Assembly: GCA_964483475.1 (NCBI GenBank)
Contig: CAZAAH010000003.1
Span: forward strand, 142-64,141
Length of the DNA: 64,000 nt
Origin: an uncultured Candidatus Saccharibacteria bacterium
GTDB lineage: Bacteria; Patescibacteriota; Minisyncoccia; Minisyncoccales; Staskawiczbacteraceae
Direction: 5' to 3'
The translations under genes were made by a program, and so were the position numbers. Of this stretch, positions 47,291 to 59,125 are shown piece after piece. Numbering within the stretch: the first letter of the stretch is position 1; each line of letters opens with the position of its first letter. The notes below the pieces were generated by a model that was not told the DNA's origin, made no database searches, and worked only from the letters and a program-made list of their open reading frames with translations.

Positions 47291-47452
47291 TTATTTTTTC
47301 ATTCCCATGATCCTGAACATTTTGGTGCCGCACTTTTGGCACGTGCCGGTCATGGCCATCCTCATTTTGCCGCCCTTGCCCTTCATGCTCACCTCTTTTG
47401 GATCATTCATTTCCCTTTTTGCTTTGCACTTTACGCAATAAGCTTCTGCCAT
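47291..47452 (-). CDS. small zinc-ribbon protein (53 aa)
   Basis: Own translation: MAEAYCVKCKAKREMNDPKEVSMKGKGGKMRMAMTGTCQKCGTKMFRIMGMKK. Two CxxC pairs. Under 60 aa, so not in the track. Confidence 0.4.
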   Translation of the reverse strand: MAEAYCVKCKAKREMNDPKEVSMKGKGGKMRMAMTGTCQKCGTKMFRIMGMKK

Positions 47453-47609
47453 AAATGGATGTTAGAAGTTGGATGTTAGAAGTTAGAAAATTCCAACTTC
47501 CAATTTCTAATATCTAAATTCTAATTTTCGACCTTGTTTTTTATGATTTTTAATCTTTAAGCTATATTATCTTATAAGATAGTCGTAGTCAATCACAATG
47601 TCAATACTA

Positions 47610-47846
47610 TTATTGATTTTTAGGAGTTTTGGGCTTGGCAAAGTGAAAAATGTAAATAATCTCCAATATGCCGAAGGTATTTACGATTAAAAAGAATATA
47701 AACCAATTCTTTTGGCTATTTTGGGCTGATTTCCATAGAGCAACTCCCTTCCAAACCAGCGACCAAGCCAACAAAACCAAAAATAGCAATGAAAAAGAAG
47801 GGTTACTTAATAATTCAAAAAACTTTAAAGTTTGCTGATCTAACAT
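47610..47846 (-). CDS. hypothetical small membrane protein (2 TM)
   Basis: Hydrophobic profile only. Confidence 0.4.
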   Translation of the reverse strand: MLDQQTLKFFELLSNPSFSLLFLVLLAWSLVWKGVALWKSAQNSQKNWFIFFLIVNTFGILEIIYIFHFAKPKTPKNQ

Positions 47847-47849
47847 ATT

Positions 47850-48308
47850 TTACCTAAACTTATTTATTTCATAGCCAGCAACACCGAAGGCTACTGAAAC
47901 ATTCAATGACTCTTTTTTTCCTTTCATTGGCAAATAAATGATTTTATCGGCTCTTTTTAAGATACTCTTTGAAATACCCCTAACTTCGTTTCCGACTATT
48001 AAGGCCAGGGGAAATTTTGGTTTACATTTTGTGTAAGCAATTGCCTTTTTATACTGTTCTAATGCTACAACAAATATTTTATCCTTTTTTAATCTTTCTA
48101 TCAACTTCCAGGTTTGTTTATGGTATTCAAATGGAATTGTTTTTTCAGCGCCAAGAGCGGCCTTCGAGATTTTGTGGTTTGGTGGAGTTCCAGAGATCCC
48201 ACATAAAAATATTTTATTTATCCCTAAAGCATCCGAAGTCCTAAAAATTGAGCCGATATTTTCCAAACTATGAATATTGTCGCAAATCACATAAAAATCA
48301 AAATTCAT
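47850..48308 (-). CDS. SpoU/TrmH-family RNA 2'-O-methyltransferase (TrmL-like)
   Basis: NIGSIFRTSDALGI, LIVGNEVRGIS, SLNVSVA. Confidence 0.8.
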   Translation of the reverse strand: MNFDFYVICDNIHSLENIGSIFRTSDALGINKIFLCGISGTPPNHKISKAALGAEKTIPFEYHKQTWKLIERLKKDKIFVVALEQYKKAIAYTKCKPKFPLALIVGNEVRGISKSILKRADKIIYLPMKGKKESLNVSVAFGVAGYEINKFR

Positions 48309-48355
48309 TTAGACAATTGTAACAAAAAATCCTCCTTTAAACAAGGAGGATGGTG

Positions 48356-48970
48356 CTACTTTTCAAATCTATTTTGGACTTCTTCCCAATTGACAATATT
48401 CCACCAGGCTTTCAAATAATCCGGTCTGGCGTTTTTATATTTTAAATAATAAGCGTGCTCCCAAACGTCGTTTCCCATAATTGGCAAAAGCCCTTCTGAA
48501 ATTGGGTTGTCCTGGTTTGCCGTTGAAATAACATCCAACTTTCCATCTTTATCTTTTACCAGCCAAACCCAGCCCGAGCCAAATCTTTTTACACCAACAT
48601 CATTAAATTTATTTTGAAAATCCTCAAAGCTCCCAAAATGTTTTTTAATTTCCTCGTCTAATTCGCCCGATGGCTTGCCTCCGCCATTGGGCTTCATAAT
48701 CTGCCAAAACATAGAATGGTTCAAATGTCCTCCACCGTTATTTTTTACTGCAGTTCTTATGTCTTCTGGAACTTCATTTATATTTTTAATCAAATCTTCA
48801 AGGCTTTTATCAAAAATTTCCTCATGTTTTGACAAAGCGTCGTTAAGATTTTTTACATAGGCCGCATGATGCTTATCATGATGAAGTTTCATCGTTTCAG
48901 AATCAATGTATAGCTCCAGAGCATCGTATTCATATGGTAAGTCGGGTAATGTGTGAAGTTTTTGGTTCAT
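48356..48970 (-). CDS. sodA: Fe/Mn superoxide dismutase
   Basis: [26 protein letters not shown]. Confidence 0.9.
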   Translation of the reverse strand: MNQKLHTLPDLPYEYDALELYIDSETMKLHHDKHHAAYVKNLNDALSKHEEIFDKSLEDLIKNINEVPEDIRTAVKNNGGGHLNHSMFWQIMKPNGGGKPSGELDEEIKKHFGSFEDFQNKFNDVGVKRFGSGWVWLVKDKDGKLDVISTANQDNPISEGLLPIMGNDVWEHAYYLKYKNARPDYLKAWWNIVNWEEVQNRFEK

Positions 48971-49002
48971 AAAATTATTATTTTAAATTTTAATTTTATA
49001 AT

Positions 49003-49299
49003 TTATTTTGCTTCCTCTTTTTGGATAAATCTTATTAAATATACGGTAACTACCACCACTAAAACGGTAACCAAAATTGCATAAATAAATTTTATAAAAA
49101 CATCGTTTTCTGGATGAGGAAAAAACTGGTCGATCAGCGATTTTATGGCTTCATTCCAAGCAAGACCCGCAACCAACCCTAAAGCCGCAACGATATATCC
49201 TATTGTCCTTTCTTTAACTTCTCTCCTCAAATTAGCCTGCTCCTCTCTTAATCTTTGAAATCTCTGTTTTATTGTTTCAATCATACATTCATTATACAA
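49003..49299 (-). CDS. hypothetical membrane protein (2 TM)
   Basis: Hydrophobic profile (GLVAGLAWNEAIK and a C-terminal TM). Confidence 0.4.
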   Translation of the reverse strand: MYNECMIETIKQRFQRLREEQANLRREVKERTIGYIVAALGLVAGLAWNEAIKSLIDQFFPHPENDVFIKFIYAILVTVLVVVVTVYLIRFIQKEEAK

Positions 49300-49319
49300 A
49301 AAAAGTTCTAAAAAATAAA

Positions 49320-50450
49320 TTACAAATCCCCTTTTTTAATTTTATCCCGAATTTCCTCAACATACTTGTTAAAATAATAAAGGTTGTGGAAGGTAATCAG
49401 CTCCAAGGCCGTCAATTCCCCCGCTCTCAATAAATGGCAAATATAATTTTTTTTGTAATTCAAGCAAACTTGGCAAACACAATTTTTATCCAAGGGCTCT
49501 TGTTTTTTTAAAAATTTTTGCTGTTTTAAATTTAATTGCCCCTCGCTGGTAAACACGATCCCTCTTCTGGCATAGTGAGTGGGAACCGTGCAATCAAACA
49601 GGTCAACGCCCGACTTTATTATTTTTTCAATGTCCTCCAAATATCCAATCCCTAACAAGTGCCTTGGTTTTTTTTCTGGCAATTCTTTGATAACCCAGCC
49701 TAACATTTTTGGCATTAATTTTTTATTACTTCCAAATTCCCCGCCAATTCCAAACCCGTCAAAGTCCAAAGATCCAATAAATTTGGCGCTTTCCTGCCTT
49801 AAGTCTTTATACCTGCCTCCCTGGACAATTCCAAATAATGCCTGTTTTGCTTGCTTGGTTTTTAAACAAATTTCGGCCCACGCATGGGTTCTTTGTAAAG
49901 ATTTTTTTGTATATTCGTAATCGGCAAACGGCGAAGTGCATTCATCAAAAGCAAAAATAATATCGGCTCCCAACTGTTCCTGAATTTCAATTGATTCTTT
50001 TGGCCCCAAAAATAATTTTGAACCGTCAACGGGTGAGCTGAAATAAACGCCATCCTGCATAATCCTAATTTCTCTGGGTTGGTGAGATTCTTTAATCAAT
50101 ACATCATTTTCTTTGCCAATCTTTCCAGAGTTGAAATCTTTTCCAAAGCCTAGGGAGAAAACCTGAAAACCGCCTGAGTCGGTCATCAATGGTTTTTTCC
50201 AGTTCATAAACTGGTGAAGCCCTCCTGATTTTTCTATAACTTTTTCGCCGGGTTTTAAATGCAGGTGGAAGGTGTTACAAATTAAAATTTGGGATTCAGT
50301 TTTTACAACTTCTTCGCTTTTGAGGGTTTTGACAACAGCCTGGGTAGCAACAGGGACTAAAGACGGGGTTTCAATGACCCCGTTTGCTGTTTCAATAAAT
50401 CCCAATCTTGCCTTGCTCCTATTTGATTTTTTAGAAATGTGGAACCTCAT
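49320..50450 (-). CDS. tgt: queuine tRNA-ribosyltransferase
   Basis: TDSGGFQV, C-terminal zinc site CxCxxC...H. Confidence 0.9.
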   Translation of the reverse strand: MRFHISKKSNRSKARLGFIETANGVIETPSLVPVATQAVVKTLKSEEVVKTESQILICNTFHLHLKPGEKVIEKSGGLHQFMNWKKPLMTDSGGFQVFSLGFGKDFNSGKIGKENDVLIKESHQPREIRIMQDGVYFSSPVDGSKLFLGPKESIEIQEQLGADIIFAFDECTSPFADYEYTKKSLQRTHAWAEICLKTKQAKQALFGIVQGGRYKDLRQESAKFIGSLDFDGFGIGGEFGSNKKLMPKMLGWVIKELPEKKPRHLLGIGYLEDIEKIIKSGVDLFDCTVPTHYARRGIVFTSEGQLNLKQQKFLKKQEPLDKNCVCQVCLNYKKNYICHLLRAGELTALELITFHNLYYFNKYVEEIRDKIKKGDL

Positions 50451-50905
50451 TTAAATTTAACTGGTACTACGAATGTTTTAGCTCTCGTTGGGTCACCACT
50501 TGGATTTTCGTTATGGAAATAGAGATATCCAGAAGTGGCACCTTTAGGATTAAAATTGTCGAGGATAGCTTCAAATGTAGTAGGTAGTTTTGTCCAATCG
50601 GAAGTTGTCCTCAGGACCGTACTTGGACCTGCGGCATTGCCGTTAACGTCGAACACCAATTCAACGGTCCCCACTTGTCCTTCAAATCCAGACCAGCCGT
50701 CGCCGCTGACATACCCGGTTATTTTCAAGGGCGAAGAAATTACTTCATTCTCTTTTGGAGAAATTATCGTAATGCCTTCCTTGTTTTCATTTATAATAAT
50801 GTTATTTTGATTAACTGGCTTGTTTGGCAATATTTTAAAGAATAAAAATACGAGGCAAACTGCAATGAATATTATTATTGACGAAATTAAAAATATATTT
50901 TTCAT
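50447..50905 (-). CDS. secreted Ig-like (Gmad2-like) domain protein
   Basis: Signal/TM anchor, ITGYVSGDGWSGFEGQVGTVELVFD pattern. Confidence 0.45.
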   Translation of the reverse strand: MKNIFLISSIIIFIAVCLVFLFFKILPNKPVNQNNIIINENKEGITIISPKENEVISSPLKITGYVSGDGWSGFEGQVGTVELVFDVNGNAAGPSTVLRTTSDWTKLPTTFEAILDNFNPKGATSGYLYFHNENPSGDPTRAKTFVVPVKFK

Positions 50906-50950
50906 ATATTACATTTTAGACCTCAAAATATAAAAAATCAATATGAAGAG

Positions 50951-50979
50951 TTGACATTGTTTGAATTAGGAGCTATACT
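50951..50979 (+). promoter_or_regulatory. consensus sigma70-like promoter TTGACA-17-TATACT
   Basis: Read directly. About 140 nt upstream of the plus-strand small gene at 51119. Confidence 0.5.
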
Positions 50980-51118
50980 TACCGTAGACGATAAGTCGTA
51001 AGCTAATAAGTAAAGCGACTTGAGTCAAAAGGTCGTTTTACAATTTTCATCGCCAATCTCATAGTAAATCGCAAATAAAAATATTCGCAATAAATTAGTG
51101 GAGGTTGACGATACATAA

Positions 51119-51295
51119 ATGTTTAACCAAAATAGAAACTTTGGTCCAAGGGAAATGGTAAAAGGAAACTGGAAATGCTCTGATTGTGGAGCAGAAATAA
51201 CAGAACTTCCTTTCAGCCCAGCTCCAGACAGACCAATCTATTGCAAAGAGTGCTGGAGGAAAAACAATCCAAAAAGGTTTGACCGAGCAGCCTAA
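51119..51295 (+). CDS. small zinc-ribbon protein (58 aa)
   Basis: Own translation: MFNQNRNFGPREMVKGNWKCSDCGAEITELPFSPAPDRPIYCKECWRKNNPKRFDRAA. CxxC-x18-CxxC. GGAGG upstream, palindromic terminator downstream. Under 60 aa, so not in the track. Confidence 0.55.
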   Translation: MFNQNRNFGPREMVKGNWKCSDCGAEITELPFSPAPDRPIYCKECWRKNNPKRFDRAA

Positions 51296-51337
51296 TTGCA
51301 ACAAAAAATCGCCCTCAAGGGCGATTTTTTGTTGCAA
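51296..51337. terminator. perfect 19-bp palindrome TTGCAACAAAAAATCGCCC-TCAA-GGGCGATTTTTTGTTGCAA (bidirectional; overlaps the last codons of gdh)
   Basis: Read directly. Confidence 0.65.
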
Positions 51338-52481
51338 CTGCAATTCGACGCTTTGCCAACTCCAGAGCGACTTTCCTTGGATTTATTTTTTTCTTTAAAG
51401 ATTCTTTTAAAACAAGGATCGTTGTCTTTACAATTTTATCTTTGACGGTTTTAAACATCCGCTTTGGGTTGTACCCCCGGTATTCAGCATAAGAAGATAT
51501 CACGCCCCCGGCGTTAGCAACAAAATCGGGCAGCAGGACAACCCCTTGTTTGAAAAATTCGTCCTCAATGCTCTCTTGCATGGGAATATTGCCCGCCTCA
51601 ATAATAACCTTTGCCTTAATATCTTTTTTGTTTTTCTCGTTGATGACGTCGGTAACCGATGCCGGTATCAAAATATCAACCGGTTGCTTCCAAAAATCTT
51701 CAGGTTTTATTTTTCGCGATCCATTCTTATATTCAACAATGGATTTTTTTTCCTTGATGATTTTTTTCATGATTTCTGATTCAAAACCATTCTCTGCATA
51801 CACGGCGCCGTCTTTGTCAGCAATTAAAACAACCTTAAATCCCATGTGGGTCAGGTAGGTGAAGGCAAACGTGCCCACATTCCCAAAGCCGTGGATGGCC
51901 ACCGTGGTTTTTTTAATCTCCATTCCTAAAATTTCTGCCGTGGTTTTGGTTGCCTGGGCCACTCCCCAGCCGGTACTGCCAAACTCATGAGGAATGCCGC
52001 ATTTTTCCTTTTTCTTGCCAAAGGCCTGCATGCAAAGGTTGGCTGGTTTTCCCGTGGCCGATCTCCAATTTCCCGTTGCTCCCACAAACCAGGCCATTTC
52101 CCTTTCTCCGGTACCCACGTCCGGGCCGGCAATATACTTTTTGGGAGTTAAAAGTTTTATTTCTTTAGCAAAATGCTGGATAAGTTCTCTTTTTTTATTA
52201 TCATCACCGCCTTTCCAGACAATTCCGGCTTTGGCTCCGCCAAAAGGAATTCCAGCCAAAGCGTTTTTAAAGGTCATCGTTTTGGCCAGCCTGGCAACTT
52301 CCTCTTCGGTAACATTTGGAGTCATTCGTATTCCTCCCTTTCCTGGTCCGAGATTGGTATTATCAATCACCAAAAAACCTTCTAGCCCAATGCTCTTGTT
52401 ATAGACTTTTACCACCAGCTCGGGTCCAAATTCGTCTTTGATCATTTTTTCCATGTTAGGCGATGGTTCTGCCCCCATCAA
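51315..52481 (-). CDS. Glu/Leu/Phe/Val dehydrogenase family (glutamate dehydrogenase-like)
   Basis: GPGKGGIRM catalytic motif, NAD(P) Rossmann GFGNVG. Confidence 0.85.
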   Translation of the reverse strand: MMGAEPSPNMEKMIKDEFGPELVVKVYNKSIGLEGFLVIDNTNLGPGKGGIRMTPNVTEEEVARLAKTMTFKNALAGIPFGGAKAGIVWKGGDDNKKRELIQHFAKEIKLLTPKKYIAGPDVGTGEREMAWFVGATGNWRSATGKPANLCMQAFGKKKEKCGIPHEFGSTGWGVAQATKTTAEILGMEIKKTTVAIHGFGNVGTFAFTYLTHMGFKVVLIADKDGAVYAENGFESEIMKKIIKEKKSIVEYKNGSRKIKPEDFWKQPVDILIPASVTDVINEKNKKDIKAKVIIEAGNIPMQESIEDEFFKQGVVLLPDFVANAGGVISSYAEYRGYNPKRMFKTVKDKIVKTTILVLKESLKKKINPRKVALELAKRRIAVATKNRP

Positions 52482-53166
52482 TGGTTAAGATGTGTCCGGT
52501 TACAAAATCAGCCTCAAGGAGATATTGCACGCCCTTGGAAATTTCTTCTGCCCCGCCCCAACGTTTGAGCAAAGTGCCCGCCATTACTTCTTGATTGTCT
52601 TGGTCGCTCAAATCAGGGGGCCTTAAGATGGGACCCGGGGCTATGGCATTGACTAAAATATCCGGCGCCAGCTCTTTGGCAAATGATTTTGTCAACGCAA
52701 TGACCGCTGACTTTGCCGTGTTATAAATGAGGTAATCTTTGTAAGGGCGCGTGAGCACCGACCAATCAGCAAAGAAAATGATTTTGCCTTTGGGATCGCC
52801 TTCATTCTTCTGCATCTGATCTGCAGCAATCTTGCCAAACCAAAATGAGCTCTTGGCAATAATGTTCATCTGCCGGTCCCAGGATTTTTCATCAAGATGA
52901 GATAACTCGCTCTTTTCATAAATGGCGGCCATGTGGACCACGCCATCCACGCCGCCAAACTGCTGTGTTGCGGCCTCCACTACCCGCTCTACATCCTCTC
53001 GTTTTGACACGTCGGCTTTAACGCCAAATCCCAAATCTCCCGCCTCGCTGGCATCTTGAAAATAGGTGATCACTAAGTTAGCTCCCTTATTCTTTAAATC
53101 AAGGGCAACTACTTGGCCAATCCGAGCAGCCCCGGTGATAATAATCGTTTTTCCTTTAAGCTCCAT
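52456..53166 (-). CDS. SDR-family oxidoreductase
   Basis: TGAARIGQ glycine motif, YxxxK (YNTAKSA). Confidence 0.75.
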   Translation of the reverse strand: MELKGKTIIITGAARIGQVVALDLKNKGANLVITYFQDASEAGDLGFGVKADVSKREDVERVVEAATQQFGGVDGVVHMAAIYEKSELSHLDEKSWDRQMNIIAKSSFWFGKIAADQMQKNEGDPKGKIIFFADWSVLTRPYKDYLIYNTAKSAVIALTKSFAKELAPDILVNAIAPGPILRPPDLSDQDNQEVMAGTLLKRWGGAEEISKGVQYLLEADFVTGHILTIDGGRTIA

Positions 53167-53216
53167 GATACGAAAACGTACAAAAACATTCTAAGGCCTT
53201 GCACCTTAGGATTGTA

Positions 53217-53456
53217 TTAATCAACAATGCATCGTACTTGGTTTCCCTCTTTGACTTCCAAAAACCCGTTCTTTACTTCAAAAAAGTTTTCTTTATTACC
53301 ATCGTCAACCACTTTCATCACCCCAGGAGTCAAAACTCCAATCAGTGGTTCGTGGTTATCCAAAACGGTTATTTCTCCCATTGCCGTTTTGCAATTAAGA
53401 AGCCTTGCCTTTCCCTGAAACAAAATTTTTTTGAGTGAATAAACCGATAGTTTCAT
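53217..53456 (-). CDS. atpC: ATP synthase epsilon subunit, short form (beta-sandwich only, 79 aa)
   Basis: Position after atpD. N-terminal domain similarity. Lacks the C-terminal helical hairpin. Confidence 0.7.
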   Translation of the reverse strand: MKLSVYSLKKILFQGKARLLNCKTAMGEITVLDNHEPLIGVLTPGVMKVVDDGNKENFFEVKNGFLEVKEGNQVRCIVD

Positions 53457-53503
53457 AAAAAATAATTTTCGTATATTCGTAAAATTTCGTATTTCGCAGC
53501 CAA

Positions 53504-54883
<1,380 letters not shown>

Positions 54884-55165
54884 TTACTCTATTCCGAACT
54901 TTTTTCTTGCATTAGCATTTTCTTTTTCTATTTCTTCTTCTGACATTTTTATTCCATGTTCATTCCTAAACCTCTCCCTTCCTTTTTTAAACTTTTCATA
55001 TTGTTGCATCCTAATTTTTTTCATGGTATCTTCATACATTTTCTTTCTTTCTTCTTCCTGATCTTTAATTTTTTGTTCTGGTGTTTTTTGTTCTTTCTCA
55101 ACCTCTTGTTTCTTAATTTCTTGTTCTGGCTCTGGTTCTAATGGGTAAGATTCTTGTTTTGCCAT
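54884..55165 (-). CDS. hypothetical highly charged (K/E-rich) protein inserted between atpG and atpD
   Basis: ORF only. Low complexity. Confidence 0.35.
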   Translation of the reverse strand: MAKQESYPLEPEPEQEIKKQEVEKEQKTPEQKIKDQEEERKKMYEDTMKKIRMQQYEKFKKGRERFRNEHGIKMSEEEIEKENANARKKFGIE

Positions 55166-55198
55166 ATTATTTTTGTTTTAAGTTTTATGTTTCAAGTT

Positions 55199-56152
55199 TT
55201 ATGATAACGCCTCCGCTCCCGCTGAAATTTCAATAATCTGGTTGGTAATGCCGGCCTGGCGTGACTTGTTATACTCTAAATTCAATGTTTCTGAAAGATC
55301 CTCAGCGTTGTCGGATGCCGTTTTCATGGCTATGCGGCGGGCGGAATGCTCTGAAGCGTTGGCCTCCAAAATCAAGTGGTACACCTGCATAAAAAACAGG
55401 TGCTCGGCCAATTTTTCCAAAACTATTTTTGGCGAAGGCTCAATGAGGTAATCCTTGGTATTCTTTTCTGCGGCAAAACTGATACGGTGCTCTTTGATGA
55501 GCTCTGCGAACCGGCCCGTTTGGGGAATCATTTCGTCAACGGTTTCCTTGATGCTGTTGAAGTCAATGGGCAGCGCCTTTCTTATGTGCGGTTCCTGGAT
55601 TAATGCCGAGCGAAAATGCATGGAGACAATGACCACCCGGTCCCAGGTTTTTTCCAAGTATCCTTGAACGATAAAGCGGGTGATGGGCTCAACCTGGCCT
55701 GGGGCGGTATTATCCCCCACTTGCACAAACTTTTTCACCAAGGGCAAGCGCTTTTTTGACAAATACTGAAAGGCTTTTTCTCCGATGGCCAAGTAAAGAT
55801 GCTCTTCGTTTTGGTATTTTTCCCGGTCTCTTTCAAGGTGTTTTTCAAATTTTCTAAAAACCGCGCTGTTAAATGACCCCGCCAGCCCTTTGTCCGAAGC
55901 CACCAAAACAAAAAGCACTTTTTTTATCTTTCTTTGTAAAAGGAGTTCGGGAAGAGGCACATGCTTTGACCGTTCTATGAGCGACAGGTTGGCAAGCAAA
56001 TCTAAGGCAACAAAGGCATAGGGCCTTGAAGCCAGGGCAACCTCCTGGGCCTTTCTCATTTTAGTGGCCGCCACCAGCTCCATGGCTTTGGTAATTTTGC
56101 CAATGTTGGCAACTGATTTTAGTCTTTTCTTTAGGTTTTGCGTAGACTCCAT
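55199..56152 (-). CDS. atpG: ATP synthase gamma subunit
   Basis: C-terminal IAMKTASDNAEDL...ITNQIIEI. Confidence 0.9.
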   Translation of the reverse strand: MESTQNLKKRLKSVANIGKITKAMELVAATKMRKAQEVALASRPYAFVALDLLANLSLIERSKHVPLPELLLQRKIKKVLFVLVASDKGLAGSFNSAVFRKFEKHLERDREKYQNEEHLYLAIGEKAFQYLSKKRLPLVKKFVQVGDNTAPGQVEPITRFIVQGYLEKTWDRVVIVSMHFRSALIQEPHIRKALPIDFNSIKETVDEMIPQTGRFAELIKEHRISFAAEKNTKDYLIEPSPKIVLEKLAEHLFFMQVYHLILEANASEHSARRIAMKTASDNAEDLSETLNLEYNKSRQAGITNQIIEISAGAEALS

Positions 56153-56233
56153 TAATTGTGCTACGAAATACGAATTTTATACGAATATACCAAACCGTTT
56201 TTCGTATATTCGTATGTTTTTCGTATTTCGTAG

Positions 56234-57754
56234 CTAAATCTCAATAAATTTTTGTATTGCTTTTTTCATTTTTCCTTCAATCTCTTCGGCGATGTCTCGT
56301 TTTTCTTTCAAGTCTTCCAATAATTCTCCGTGCAAGTCTTTAACATACTCTAAAAGGTCGGCTTCTACTTTTTGGATTTGTTCCGGTTGGAATTTGTCAA
56401 AGTATCCGTTCAAAGCGGCGTACAAAACCAAAACCTGCTCCTCAAAAGGCATGGGGACCAGGTCGGTTTGCTTTAAGACTTCCGAAATAATCCTGCCCTT
56501 GTGGATTTTTTCCCTGGTTTCCTGGTCAACGTCGGAAGCAAACTGGACAAAGGTTTGCAATTCCCTGAACTGGGCCAGCTGAAGCCTCAACTTGCCGGCC
56601 ACCTTTTTCATGGCTTTGGTTTGGGCCGAAGACCCCACTCGTGAAACTGACAAACCAATGTTCAAAGCCGGCCTCACCCCCTGGTAAAATAAATCAGACT
56701 CAAGGTAAATCTGGCCGTCGGTAATGGAAATGACATTGGTGGGGATGTAGGCCGTCACGTCGCCAAGCTGAGTTTCAATGATGGGGATGGCGGTCAACGA
56801 GCCTCCGCCGTTTTCTTTTGAAAGCTTTGCCGCACGCTCAAGTAGCCTAGAATGCAAATAAAAAACATCGCCCGGATAGGCTTCCCGGCCCGGCGGCCTC
56901 CTCAAAAGCAGTGAAATCTGACGGTAGGCCCAGGCGTGCTTTGATAAGTCGTCATAAATAATCAAGGCGTCTTGCCCTTTGTCCCTAAAATATTCTCCAA
57001 TGGCGCATCCAGCAAACGGGGCCAAGTACCAAAAGGCGGCCGGGCTTGATGCTGAGGCCGAAACCACGATGGTATAGTCAAGCGCGCCGTTATTTTTTAA
57101 CGTTTCAACTATTTTAGCCACCTTTGATTCCTTTTGGCCGATAGCAACATAAATACAAACTGTTTTTTTGCCTGATTCCCTTCCCTGGTTGATAATCATG
57201 TCCAAAACGATGGCTGTTTTTCCCGTCTGGCGATCCCCAATAATCAATTCCCTCTGTCCCCTGCCAATAGGGATCATGGCATCAATGGCTTTGATACCCG
57301 TGTGCAAGGGCTGGTTGACCGATTCCCGAGCCAAAACATCGGGCGCGTTGTTTTCCAAAAAGTTAAATTTCTTTTTATCTTTTTCAGAAAAAATCGGCCC
57401 CTTGCCATCCAGAATATTGCCCAGGGAATCAACCACCCTTCCTAATAACGGCTCTCCCACTCGAATCGAAAGAATTTGTTTGGTCCTTTTTACCGTCTGC
57501 CCAGATTTAATATGCTGGCTATCCCCCAAAACCAAGGCTCCCACCACATCTTCTTCCAAGTTCAACACCACCGCCCGAATTTTTTCTTTGTCAGTCTCAA
57601 CAACCAAAACTTCTTGGCTCTGGCAATGTGAAAGCCCCGATATTTTCAAGATTCCATCTCCCACTTCCAACACCTTCCCAATTTCCTCCCATTCGGGACT
57701 CTCTTTATAGCCTTCAATCTGTTGTTTTAATTTTTCAATTATTTCTTGGCTCAT
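56234..57754 (-). CDS. atpA: ATP synthase alpha subunit
   Basis: GDRQTGKT P-loop. Confidence 0.95.
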   Translation of the reverse strand: MSQEIIEKLKQQIEGYKESPEWEEIGKVLEVGDGILKISGLSHCQSQEVLVVETDKEKIRAVVLNLEEDVVGALVLGDSQHIKSGQTVKRTKQILSIRVGEPLLGRVVDSLGNILDGKGPIFSEKDKKKFNFLENNAPDVLARESVNQPLHTGIKAIDAMIPIGRGQRELIIGDRQTGKTAIVLDMIINQGRESGKKTVCIYVAIGQKESKVAKIVETLKNNGALDYTIVVSASASSPAAFWYLAPFAGCAIGEYFRDKGQDALIIYDDLSKHAWAYRQISLLLRRPPGREAYPGDVFYLHSRLLERAAKLSKENGGGSLTAIPIIETQLGDVTAYIPTNVISITDGQIYLESDLFYQGVRPALNIGLSVSRVGSSAQTKAMKKVAGKLRLQLAQFRELQTFVQFASDVDQETREKIHKGRIISEVLKQTDLVPMPFEEQVLVLYAALNGYFDKFQPEQIQKVEADLLEYVKDLHGELLEDLKEKRDIAEEIEGKMKKAIQKFIEI

Positions 57755-57847
57755 TTATTCGCGGTATCGATTCTAATATACAAATCCTACTAATGATACG
57801 AATTTCGTTATTGGTATTATTGGTACATTAGTATATTGGCATCGATA

Positions 57848-58219
57848 TTATGAAAATATATTATTCAGTTTTTTCATAAGTGAAAAATCCAATTGCTTTT
57901 CGTTGTTAACTACTATCTTCACCCCCGCAATTAAATCTGGGTTGATTTTTTCTTCAACAACATCATGTTTCTTCAAAAAACCTTTAAAAGATTCTTTTTT
58001 TGTTTCTCTTGCCATTTCAAAAATAATTTTCCTACCACCAGTTTTTTTTAAAAATAACATTTCCGCTAATGAAATAATTTCTTTTGATTTTTTCAGATCT
58101 CCATTTTTTTTCAGAAGTTTTAAAAAATTATCAACAAGTTTTTTTTGTTGACTTTCGGACTTTTTTTCTGAAACTAAATCCACCAGCGCTTTAGCATAAT
58201 CTTTTGGTTTATGTTTCAT
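57848..58219 (-). CDS. atpH: ATP synthase delta (OSCP) subunit, short
   Basis: Position and size. Weak similarity. Confidence 0.65.
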   Translation of the reverse strand: MKHKPKDYAKALVDLVSEKKSESQQKKLVDNFLKLLKKNGDLKKSKEIISLAEMLFLKKTGGRKIIFEMARETKKESFKGFLKKHDVVEEKINPDLIAGVKIVVNNEKQLDFSLMKKLNNIFS

Positions 58220-58712
58220 TTTCTATGGTCTTCACCGCTTTGCTTATAAGCGCTTCATCAATATCTTTTGGCTTTAATTCAACCGTTTTTATGATAAATT
58301 TCTTTACTAACTCAACCGCCTGGCTCGAAACCAGTTTTTTGGCTTCTTCTTTTTGCCTTTCATAACTTAACTGAACTTGCTTCATTAGTTCTACCTGCTT
58401 TTCCTCCGCTTTTTTCTGCAGCGATTGCCCCAATGCTTTTGCTTTTTCTTCGGTCTGCTTAATGAGAATCATTGATTCTTGTTCTGCCTCCCGCAACTTT
58501 CCCCTGGCAATACCATCAACTTCCTTGAGCCGAATATCCGCCTCTTTTGCCTTTTCCAGGCCCTCGGTTATCCTTTTATTGCGCTCTTTGATGATGGCCA
58601 GTAGGGGTTTGTATACAAAAGTCCTCAAGATAAGCAGGAGAATAAAAAAATTCACCGCCTGGCTCAAAAAAAGCTTCCAGTCTATGCCAAGTTGTCCCAG
58701 TAAACCCTCCAT
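58209..58712 (-). CDS. atpF: ATP synthase Fo subunit b
   Basis: N-terminal TM plus long charged helix. Confidence 0.8.
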   Translation of the reverse strand: MEGLLGQLGIDWKLFLSQAVNFFILLLILRTFVYKPLLAIIKERNKRITEGLEKAKEADIRLKEVDGIARGKLREAEQESMILIKQTEEKAKALGQSLQKKAEEKQVELMKQVQLSYERQKEEAKKLVSSQAVELVKKFIIKTVELKPKDIDEALISKAVKTIENET

Positions 58713-58794
58713 TAACTAAATGGCTACGAAATACGAATTTTTTACTAATATACGAATTTTCGTATATTAGTATCCTTTCGTATTTCGTAGCAAA

Positions 58795-59043
<249 letters not shown>

Positions 59044-59125
59044 CTAAATTTTACGAATATACCAAATCTTTTTTTCGTAAATTCGTATGTCTTTCGTATT
59101 TCGTAGCCTAAAATATTAATATTAA

